A stretch of 64,000 nucleotides of DNA, from positions 23,955-87,954 of the forward strand of contig CAWIXF010000007.1 in assembly GCA_963840065.1 (NCBI GenBank), given 5' to 3'. Position numbers and translations under genes: made by a program. The stretch is from an uncultured Alphaproteobacteria bacterium (lineage in GTDB: Bacteria; Pseudomonadota; Alphaproteobacteria; Rhizobiales; Xanthobacteraceae). Positions 9,515 through 17,942 of the stretch are shown here, in pieces. The notes under the pieces were generated by a model. It ran no database searches, was not told where the DNA came from, and saw only the letters and a program-made list of their open reading frames with translations. Each line of letters starts with the position of its first letter. Position 1 is the stretch's first letter.

Positions 9515-9724
9515 ATGAACTGGTCGCTTTATACGGCCGACCGCACCACCCACCTCAAGATCGTGGTGGTCGGCCTCACCGCCGCGCTGATGATCGCCGT
9601 GATCGGCATTGCCGCACGCGAGCTCAACCTCGGCACTGACATCATGACGGCCCAAGCCCCGACCGTGATCAAGGCCGGCGGGCCGGTGGCCTTTACGGTC
9701 CGCGAGGGCTCGACCATCCGGTGA
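9515..9724 (+). CDS. Small single-TM hypothetical protein
   Basis: GGAGG RBS; MNWSLYTADRTTHLKIVVVGLTAALMIAVIGIAA hydrophobic segment. Confidence 0.8.
   Translation: MNWSLYTADRTTHLKIVVVGLTAALMIAVIGIAARELNLGTDIMTAQAPTVIKAGGPVAFTVREGSTIR
9535..9720. repeat. 186-bp direct repeat, copy 1 (copy 2 at 10947-11132)
   Basis: Three mismatches seen between copies (cacctc/caactc, gtgatc/gtggtc, gtggcc/gtagcc). Confidence 0.95.
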
Positions 9725-10015
9725 CGGCGCGAATAATCGTGAGCCGATAAGTCATCTCCCGACATTGCCTGCCATATTGCGCGCCGCGTCCGCGGCGCGT
9801 TTCTTTTTTCCTCGTCGCTCACACCAACTTATCGCAACAGCGGTGGGCACGCCCACCGTCCCGCGTCAGAACGGTTGCATCGTAGAATCGCATCGCGCCT
9901 GCGTTGCTCGCCAATCCCGCACGATCTCCACGTAAAAACTTGACAGGGGAACTTTACTCTTTGCAAGGTTCCGAGTGCCGGCCGTCGACGTGACGGCCGT
10001 TTTTTGGGGGCGAAA

Positions 10016-10669
10016 ATGTTCTTCGGCAGATTGCGCAATGGCGCCGCGCTCGTCGCGGCCGCCATCCAGATCCTGTTTGTGTCGAGCGGTTCCGCCGGCG
10101 CGGTTACGCTCGATCTTTGGTACACGACCGGCAACGGCACGAGCTTTGGAGACAATTACAGCGTGAGCGGTTCGGTCGTGCAAGCGCGCACCGCCTCAGC
10201 GCCGGGCAGCGTCGCCGGCATCGACGGCGTCATGGGAGTCTGGGCGCTCAATTTCAGCGATCTCCATGGCGTGACCTATTCGGGTAGCGCCTACGGCGAT
10301 ATCGGCGTGCTTCCGACCGGCGCCATCGGCATTACGCTTTATGGATTCGATCTCGGCTCGTGGGATGGCGTCGATCGAACGCCTCAAGTTCGCATCTGGA
10401 ATGGCGACTACACTGTTGAACTGACCTCACCTCAGAACATTCCGGTCGGCGCCACGCATGCGCATTATACAACGAGCCTGTTTAGCGCCAACGGTTTCCA
10501 CATTCAGTTCTCGACGATCGGGGGCAATATCGGCATCGACAATCTTGAATTCGACGTCGGCAATCTGGTCACGACGCCGCTGCCCGCCGCCGCATGGATG
10601 TTCGTATCGGGCCTCGGCGCACTCGGCATGGCGTCGGCCCGATCGAGGCGCCGGCGCAAACGTCTCTGA
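10016..10669 (+). CDS. VPLPA-CTERM (PEP-CTERM-like) exosortase-target surface protein
   Basis: Signal peptide ending AGA; C-terminal TPLPAAAWMFVSGLGALGMASARSRRRRKRL (motif, TM helix, Arg cluster). Confidence 0.85.
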   Translation: MFFGRLRNGAALVAAAIQILFVSSGSAGAVTLDLWYTTGNGTSFGDNYSVSGSVVQARTASAPGSVAGIDGVMGVWALNFSDLHGVTYSGSAYGDIGVLPTGAIGITLYGFDLGSWDGVDRTPQVRIWNGDYTVELTSPQNIPVGATHAHYTTSLFSANGFHIQFSTIGGNIGIDNLEFDVGNLVTTPLPAAAWMFVSGLGALGMASARSRRRRKRL

Positions 10670-10791
10670 CCGCAGCTCCCAACCCGGCGCCCGCGCTGCA
10701 AGCCGGGACCGGCCGGCGCGCTGGGCATTGAAGTAACGATGGGCGGCGCCAAGATAGCTTCGTAGCAAGCCGCCCTTGTGAGGGGCACGGG

Positions 10792-11136
10792 GTGATGGCG
10801 TTCCGGCTTTCCTTGCACGTTGCGTTTGTCGCTGCCTTCATGTTTGAAGTGGCTCACACGGAAACGCGCGTCGCGCTCGTAGTCGGCAATTCGACCTACC
10901 GCCATGTCCCGAGCGTGGCAAACCCCGCCAACGACCCTCGGCTGATGGCCGACCGCACCACCCAACTCAAGATCGTGGTGGTCGGCCTCACCGCCGCGCT
11001 GATGATCGCCGTGATCGGCATTGCCGCACGCGAGCTCAACCTCGGCACTGACATCATGACGGCCCAAGCCCCGACCGTGGTCAAGGCCGGCGGGCCGGTA
11101 GCCTTTACGGTCCGCGAGGGCTCGACCATCCGCTAA
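10792..11136 (+). pseudogene. Chimeric ORF: caspase-family N-terminal fragment fused to a duplicate of the 9515 protein
   Basis: Signal-like N-terminus plus TRVALVVGNSTYRHVPSVANPAND (caspase first strand), switching at GGCCGA into ADRTTQLKIVVVG... Confidence 0.8.
10947..11132. repeat. 186-bp direct repeat, copy 2
   Basis: Near-identical to 9535-9720. Confidence 0.95.
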
Positions 11137-11216
11137 ACGCCCCCGCACGCAAACTCCGGGTTCATATAGCGCGCGAGCGCATTTCGTGATATACAGGGAA
11201 AAGTTGTGCACGGGGG

Positions 11217-12848
11217 GTGCATATGTTGTCGCGTCAGATGGGGCTGTGCGCGGTTCTCGCGTCTGTTGTTTTGTTGTTTGCCACGTCCGCTCGCGCGGAA
11301 TTGCTGGTCCCCGGCGCCGCGACGGAAAAACGTGTGGCGCTGGTCATTGGAAATTCCAGCTACACCTACGCCTCCTCCTTGGCAAAGCCGCGGCCTGACG
11401 CGCACGCCATCGCGGAGATGTTCAGGACAGCGCATTTCGACAGCGTCGAAGAGTATCTCGACCTGGACGGCAGGGGCCTGGAACGCGTGGTCCGCGAGTT
11501 CGGCGACAAAACGCGCGACGCCAATGTCGCGGTCGTCTACTTTTCCGGTCACGGCATTCAATTGAATGGTAGCGACTATCTGGTTCCCGTTGACGCCCAG
11601 GTGACCAAGGAGCGTGACGTTCGAGACAAGACCCTTCCGCTCGAACGCATCCTCGCCGCGGTCGAGCCCGCCAAACGTCTTCGCGTGGTGATCCTGGACG
11701 CTTGCCGGACCGGATCGGTCCAGACAGACAAGAAGAAAGCCGCCACCAGGCCCTTCAGCGACGGGCTTGCCATCGTCAGACCGCGCCTTTCTCAAACCAT
11801 CATTGTCTACGCCGCGCAGGAAGGAACGACGACCAGGGAAGGCATCGGCGAACACAGCCCGTTTGCGGCCGCATTGCTCGACAATTTGATGACGTCGGAT
11901 ATCGACATCCGATCGGCTTTTGACCACGTGGGCGATCAGGTCAGGAGATCGACGAGCGGAAGGCAATTGCCGTTTGTCGCATCGTCTCTTACGGCAGCAA
12001 GGGTTGAGCTTGCGCCCTTCCATCCCGTCGAAACACCGACAACGCAGACATCGGCCGTCGATCGCGACTACGATCGCGCAGCCCAAGTCGGGACCGCGGA
12101 GGCGTGGGGTTCGTTCATCGCAAATTACGATGGCTTGCCGCAGGCCAAGTTTTACCTCGATCTCGCGCGTGCTTCGCTCAAAAAAATGCAAAAGGTGAAA
12201 GAAGTCCAGCGCGCACAAACAGCGCTCGACGTTGCCAAAAAAGCATTGGAAAACGATCGCAGCGGGCGGGCCGCCAAACGCAACGACGACATAACCGAAA
12301 ATACAAAGATTGCGTCAAGGGGCGCCACACCGCAGATTCCGGGAAATCTGGAAACGAAGGCGCGAGATTTTGTCGACCTCTACATTCAACGCTCGCAAGG
12401 AGACGTGAACGAAGTCACCGGTTTCACAAAGGCGTCCTATGCGGCCGATGTCGACTACTACGGCAGCAAATTGCGCAACGAGCAGGTCGTCAACGAGCAA
12501 AGAGCCTATATAAAAGCCTGGCCGCAACGTATTTTCCGGCTCGAGCCAAATTCCGAAAAAATCAACTGCAACAAGGCAAACTCGACCTGCAAGGTCATCG
12601 GCGTGATCAATTTCCACGACGAAAATCCGGCGAAAGCCAAAAAATCGATCGGCACGGCTTCGTTTGAAATGCTTGTGGTGTTTGACAGCGAGTGGCCCGA
12701 AAATCGTTTTCGAAAACGGCGAAGTGCTATCGCGACGGAATTGAGGCGCCGGGCGCACCCGGCTAAAGCGTTTTTGTTTCAGCTTGAATCGGGCTGTCCC
12801 GCGCGCTCTCTTCACCTCTCCCATAGGGAGAGGTCGGATCGCAGTTGA
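11217..12848 (+). CDS. Secreted caspase-family (peptidase C14) protein; probable frameshift near 12690 (native end probably TGA 12742-12744)
   Basis: Signal peptide; KRVALVIGNSSY, YFSGHG (His), ILDACR (Cys). A shifted frame gives SGPKIVFENGEVLSRRN*, while the in-frame tail runs into a palindromic repeat. Confidence 0.85.
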   Translation: MHMLSRQMGLCAVLASVVLLFATSARAELLVPGAATEKRVALVIGNSSYTYASSLAKPRPDAHAIAEMFRTAHFDSVEEYLDLDGRGLERVVREFGDKTRDANVAVVYFSGHGIQLNGSDYLVPVDAQVTKERDVRDKTLPLERILAAVEPAKRLRVVILDACRTGSVQTDKKKAATRPFSDGLAIVRPRLSQTIIVYAAQEGTTTREGIGEHSPFAAALLDNLMTSDIDIRSAFDHVGDQVRRSTSGRQLPFVASSLTAARVELAPFHPVETPTTQTSAVDRDYDRAAQVGTAEAWGSFIANYDGLPQAKFYLDLARASLKKMQKVKEVQRAQTALDVAKKALENDRSGRAAKRNDDITENTKIASRGATPQIPGNLETKARDFVDLYIQRSQGDVNEVTGFTKASYAADVDYYGSKLRNEQVVNEQRAYIKAWPQRIFRLEPNSEKINCNKANSTCKVIGVINFHDENPAKAKKSIGTASFEMLVVFDSEWPENRFRKRRSAIATELRRRAHPAKAFLFQLESGCPARSLHLSHRERSDRS

Positions 12849-13065
12849 AGCCGGATATATCCGACTTCAACCAAATTATTTGATGGCCGAACTCGGGTAC
12901 ACTCGAGTTCGGCTGCGATCCGGGTGAGGGGTTGTAGCCAATCGAAAGTCACGAATTCCCCTCACCCCACCCCTCTCCCCCGCCGAAATCGGATGTTTCC
13001 GACTTCGGCCACTTTAAAGTGTTCGAACTCGGGTAAACCCGAGTTCGAATGGGAGAGGGAGCACG
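12815..13065. repeat. Composite intergenic palindromic element with two nested twin-hairpin cassettes
   Basis: CCTCTCCC/GGGAGAGG and GGTGAGGGG/CCCCTCACC arms; cassettes at 12844-12913 and 12982-13049 (GAAGTCGGAT..ATCCGACTTC-like plus GAACTCGGGTA.ACCCGAGTTC-like). Confidence 0.85.
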
Positions 13066-13103
13066 CCGTGCCTGTGGCTGGTTTAGCCAAAAACAAACTC
13101 GCT

Positions 13104-13910
13104 CTAGTACAGCACGCCCTTCAACCCCGCATAGATCGAGCCGGCCGTCGTGGCGGTCACGATGACGGCGGTTATGATTCGTTGTATGAGGATCGCGCGT
13201 TCGAGCATCGCCATCTTGCGGGTCGCTTTGCTTTTGCGGCTTTCTTCCCGATACGACACAAACTGCCCGGCGAGCGTTTGAGCCAGCCTGCTCGAATAAT
13301 TTGAAGCCTTGGCCAGCGCCGTGCTGCGCAGAAGCGTTGCCAGCAAGCCGCCGGTGATGAAGGCCAGCGTGACGCTGGTGATATACTGTAGATCCTCTTT
13401 AAATTCCTGCGCATCCGCCGGCAATATCGGCACATGATCGTGAAGCGCCACCGCCGTCAGCATGCCCGCGACTGCAAGGGCGCCAATGATGATGCCGAAC
13501 ACAACCGCATGGGTGACCGTTCGGTGCTCGCGCCATACCAAAGCAAAGCCAAACGGTACCGGCAACAAAATCGAAACAATGCGGAGGTTGATCGTCGGGA
13601 GATCCCAGAGCAAAACTATCAGGAAATGAGCCAATAAAAGAAGTGCGATTGGCGCTAGTCCGTAGATCGCGAGTTCTTCGGCAACCGCCCTGGCCGGTGC
13701 GCCCCCGTGGCGCTCAGACAAGACCGCGCGGCCTTGCTTCAACCCGCTTTGCGCGCGCAATTCCGCCATGTCCGCGCGCAGCGCCTTGATCTCATCGCGA
13801 AGCGATTTCGCGTCCTCGATCAATTCTGCCGATTGACCGACATCGCGGCCGCAATAGCGGCACACGATTGCGGCATCCTGAATTTCTTCAGCGCAATAAG
13901 GACACCGCAT
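13104..13910 (-). CDS. Zinc-ribbon, coiled-coil, multi-TM membrane protein
   Basis: MRCPYCAEEIQDAAIVCRYCG (two CxxC), short coiled coil, about 5 hydrophobic helices. Confidence 0.85.
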   Translation of the reverse strand: MRCPYCAEEIQDAAIVCRYCGRDVGQSAELIEDAKSLRDEIKALRADMAELRAQSGLKQGRAVLSERHGGAPARAVAEELAIYGLAPIALLLLAHFLIVLLWDLPTINLRIVSILLPVPFGFALVWREHRTVTHAVVFGIIIGALAVAGMLTAVALHDHVPILPADAQEFKEDLQYITSVTLAFITGGLLATLLRSTALAKASNYSSRLAQTLAGQFVSYREESRKSKATRKMAMLERAILIQRIITAVIVTATTAGSIYAGLKGVLY

Positions 13911-13920
13911 TACCTGCGCG

Positions 13921-14388
13921 CTATTTGATCACATTGAGGACGAAAATCACCGAGGTCGCCCGACCGTCGCTGTCGGTAATTTCGGCTTCGATCACGTGCC
14001 GTCCGGGAGGCGCCTCGGCCTCGACCACGTCGACGCCGGTCGCGGTGACGAAAGGCCTGACCCGCGACGTCAGGTCGATCTTCGGTTTCTTCATGTAAAT
14101 CAGGTGAAAGGACTCCGGCATGATCGTGCTGCCGCCGTGCGCCCGAAATTCGAATCGAAGGTTGAAGGGCGAGGTCACGGTCGCTTCCGGCGACCGCATA
14201 ACGAGCGTCGGGCCGCGCGTGATCCCGCGCATCGTACTGGCAAGGAGTGTCCTGCCCACTGGGGGCAGGGCCGCTTCTTTAGACGTGATCAACGTGGTGC
14301 CGGCGCTGGCGCTTTGACACATCATGGTCAACGCGAGCACGCACCCTACGGCGAATGTTGATTTCATGGGTTTGTCCGCTTCGCTCAT
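13921..14388 (-). CDS. Secreted hypothetical protein (beta-rich)
   Basis: Signal peptide (FAVGCVLALTMMCQSASA), then TRGITRGP...DLTSRVRPFVTATG...PPGRHVIEAEITDSDGR; 10 bp from the next gene, likely co-transcribed. Confidence 0.8.
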   Translation of the reverse strand: MSEADKPMKSTFAVGCVLALTMMCQSASAGTTLITSKEAALPPVGRTLLASTMRGITRGPTLVMRSPEATVTSPFNLRFEFRAHGGSTIMPESFHLIYMKKPKIDLTSRVRPFVTATGVDVVEAEAPPGRHVIEAEITDSDGRATSVIFVLNVIK

Positions 14389-14609
14389 TTTCTCTGATCA
14401 ACCATGTACGAATCCGGCAACCGCAGCGCGGTTGCTGAGGGCATTTTAGCCCAGCTTCTGTCGCCCGTGAAAGGGACCCGGTCGCGAGAAACCACCCGAT
14501 GACCGTGGGAAAAGGTGGCTTTACAATCAGCAAGCGTCGCCCCCGGCTATGGTGCCCCATCCTGCATTATGTTAAAATAGGTTTTTAGGTTCGATTTTCG
14601 GGGGGCCCG

Positions 14610-16153
14610 ATGTTTCCGCGCTTCTTGAAGATATTGGCACTGGTTGCCGCCCTGTTTGCGATTTCTGCAGAGGCCGCGTTTGCCGAAAAGCGCGTGGCTC
14701 TGGTCATCGGCAACTCCGCCTACCAGAAAGTCACGCAGCTACCCAACCCGGCCAAGGACGCGGCCTCGGTCGCGGCCATGCTCAAGAAGGCGGGCTTCGA
14801 CGTGGTCGAGAGCAAGCGCGATCTCACCAACATCGAGCTGCGCCGCGCGCTGCGCCATTTCACCCGCATCGCGCTGCATGCCGACATCGCGGTGGTCTAC
14901 TATGCCGGCCACGGTCTCGAATTCGACGGCGTCAACTACCTGATCCCGGTCGACGCGCAGCTCGCCAGTGACGTGGACGTCGAAGACGAGACGGTCTCGC
15001 TCGACCGCATCATGCGCATGCTGGAGCCGGTGAAGCGGCTGCGTCTGGTGATCCTCGACGCCTGTCGCGATAATCCTTTTGCCCAGAAGATGGTGCGCAC
15101 CATCGCTTCGCGTTCGGTCGGCCGCGGTCTCGCCAAGGTCGATGTGACGACCACCGATACGCTGGTTGCGTTCGCGGCCAAGGCCGGCATGACCGCCGCC
15201 GACGGCGACAGCGACCACAGCCCCTTTACAACAGCCTTGCTCGACAACCTTGCCGTTCCGGGACTCGATCTGCGCCTCGCCTTGGGGCGCGTGCGCGACG
15301 AGGTAATGAAGGAAACCGCCAACAAGCAGGAGCCTTATGTCTACGGCTCGCTCGGCGGCTCCACCGTCGCGCTGGTGCCAAAGCCGAAGGCTCCGCCGCC
15401 AGCTGCCAAACCCGTGGTCTCATCAAGCAACGCGCTCGCACGCGACTATGCGTTCGCAGAGCGCATCGGTACGCTGGAGGCGTGGGATTCTTTCCTGGCC
15501 GTGCACGGCACTGGCTTCTATGCCAATCTCGCGCGCGCGGCCCGCGACAAGATCGTCAAGGCGAGGCAGCAGAAAAAAGTCGCTGCGCTCCCAACCCAAA
15601 AAACGACAATAGTCGCCACCGCGCCGGCGGCGCCGGCCGTTGCACCCAATCGAAACAGCACGTCCGTCATCGATCCCGGCGATGTTGCCCGCCTGTTGCA
15701 ACTCTACCTCAAACGCGTCGGCTGTGACCCCGGTGCGCTCGACGGCCAGTGGACCGAGCAATCGGTGCACGCGATGCAGGAGTTCAACAAGCGCACCAAG
15801 GCGAACTTCGACGTCAAGCTCGCTTCGATTGGTGCGCTCGACGCCGTCAAGCAGCACAAGGCGCGCGTCTGCCCGCTGGTCTGCGGCAAGGGCTACAAGG
15901 CCGAGGACGACCGTTGCGTGGCAGTCGCCTGCCGGCGCGGCTATGTGCGCAACAATTCCGGCGACTGCGAACGCGAGGCCAAGCGGGCCGCGACGCGCAC
16001 CGCGCCACGGAAGCAAGACGGCGGCGGCGGCCAGATCGCCTGCGGCGATCGGCGGCTGCAGGACGGTCCCAAGAATGCAAAATCCTGCCACTGAACGAAG
16101 TCACGCCAGCCGAAAACGATGTTGGGCACCTAGGGATCGTGATTTGCAATTAG
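14610..16153 (+). CDS. Secreted caspase-family protein with PG-binding-like and Cys-rich C-terminal region; small indels near 16050-16075
   Basis: Signal peptide; YYAGHG, ILDACRDNPF; LKRVGCDPGALDGQW; CPLVCGKGY..EDDRC. Other frames continue GGCRTVP and ECKILP...GIVICN* (stop 16151-16153); the annotated frame stops at 16094. Confidence 0.85.
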
Positions 16154-16255
16154 CGGCTTCCGGAGCTTTGCGTCGATTTGTCTTTCGCCGCCGGCGGCAT
16201 GGGTCCGCCTATGTCCGCATAGCCGAATCACACAACGGCCATTAAGCCGTGGCCC

Positions 16256-17438
16256 ATGAGGGCCACCATGCAGCGCCGCTCGCCCCTCTTCGGCTTGACC
16301 GCCGCCATCGCAATGGTCGCGGCGGCCTGCCCTGCTCTTGCGCAATCACTAGGCGACCGCGCCGCGCTCGGTGCCCTCGCCGCCTATGAGCAAAAGCTCG
16401 CGGAGTATGAGCGCATCCACGGCGCATACTTGCGCGAACACGAGACCTATTGGGACGCCGTCTCCGACAAGCGGAAAGTTCGCAACGCCAAGCGCCGCAA
16501 GCACGAAACGATCGCGCTGACCGACTATGTGCTGGCGCAGCCGCCGGTCTATAGCGGACCGCGGCGGCCGGTCAGTCCCTTGCCGCCGCCTCCCCCGCCG
16601 CCGAAACCACCGAGACCGGAAATTCCCGTGGCCGCCGATTTCCTGGCCGCCGCCAAGGCGCAATGGGGTTTCGTGCCGGATCAGCCGCGCAACGACTCCG
16701 ACTTCAAACGCGCCTATGCGCAGGCCGCGCGCGCGGCCGGCCTCACGCAAGAACAGATCGTCGGCGTCTACGCCTTCGAGACCGGTGGCCGCGGCTCCTA
16801 CGACACGCAAGCGGGACTCGAGCCGCCCGGCCCCGGCAAGCACGCCATTTCACCGGCGATGGGCTACAACCAGTTGCTCTCCACCAATACGGTGGCGCTG
16901 TTCGCCGAACATGGGACTCGCATGCTGGCGGTGCTCGAGGGCAAGGCGCGCAGCTTAAGCGGTGCCGCCCGCCAGCATTTCGACCGCAAGCTCGCTGTAC
17001 TCAAGCGCATGATCGCCTACTGCCGCAGCCTGCCGCATAGCTGGCGCGAATACGATAAGATCGCCAAGAAAACCGAAAAAGGCTGGGGCATCCACGCCGC
17101 CGTGCTCGACATCGACGTCGGTCCGCTCCTGCAGGTTCAAAAGCTGCTCGAACTCGTTGCAGTTCGCGCGCATGAAGCGCTACGACAAGCCGCTCACAGC
17201 CGCCGAGCTCGAGCTGATGAACCTGACCGGCGACGGCAACGGCATCGACATGGTAATGATGCCGCAGAGCTTCCGCGAGCGTGTGCCGACCGCGAACTTC
17301 TTCCAGCCGCGCGGCTATGCGCGCAATCCGGTCGCCCGCCGCACCAAAGTGGTCGCCGGCCTCATCGCCGAGATCCAGCGGCACATGGACCGTAACGCCT
17401 CCAAGCCCGGCGCGCGGGAACTGGCGGCAGCGTATTAA
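16256..17438 (+). CDS. Secreted lysozyme/transglycosylase-like protein, split by a 1-nt frameshift near 17150
   Basis: Signal peptide, Pro-rich linker, YAFETGG and AMGYNQLL (SLT-like Glu and G..Q motif). CTG CTC G AAC TCG TTG CAG TTC links the 16256 ORF to the 17157..17438 ORF. Confidence 0.7.
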
Positions 17439-17444
17439 TTCGTT

Positions 17445-17723
17445 CTAAGAATCCAACCCAGCGCGGGCGTCCGGATGCTCGGCGAGAAAATGACGCAAGG
17501 CCGAGAACAATTCTGCGGCGTGTTTGACCTGCCCGTCGTCGAGCGCCTTGTGGATGTCGTCGATAATCATCGAGCGGATCGCCTCGCCGCCCTTGGGCTG
17601 ATGCAGCAGGTAACTGGCGAGCGCGGTCGCGGCGATCTCCGGAATGTGCTCATGCTCGCTGATGGCATCGAGTTCGTTTTCGTCGAGACCGCACATTGCC
17701 ACGCAATCTGCCAATGAGATCAT
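17445..17723 (-). CDS. Small helical hypothetical protein
   Basis: ATG at 17723 behind GGAGGG; MISLADCVAMCGLDENELDAISEHEHIPEIAA. Confidence 0.8.
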   Translation of the reverse strand: MISLADCVAMCGLDENELDAISEHEHIPEIAATALASYLLHQPKGGEAIRSMIIDDIHKALDDGQVKHAAELFSALRHFLAEHPDARAGLDS

Positions 17724-17775
17724 GGCCGTACCCTCCAAACTGGGTAAGATTGTAATGCCATGGACGGCGCCCCAC

Positions 17776-17789
17776 TTGATTGGGATCAA
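17776..17789. promoter_or_regulatory. FNR/FixK box
   Basis: Perfect TTGAT-tggg-ATCAA between the divergent 17723 ORF and phaC. Confidence 0.9.
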
Positions 17790-17942
17790 ATCCGGCGTCC
17801 CGCCCCGTATTCGCCGTTTGTGAAGGTTTTATCGGTTGAATGACGCTGCCGTGACGCCGCCGGTCGCACGCCTGTTATTGGTGGCGATCAATGTCGCGGA
17901 CCTGCCCGCAGGGGCATAAGGACCCCGTTGGAGCGCCCCTCG

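Noticed and set aside
14638-14652. sigma54-like TGGCAC...TTGC
   Set aside because: Spacing is one base short and it lies inside a signal-peptide coding region
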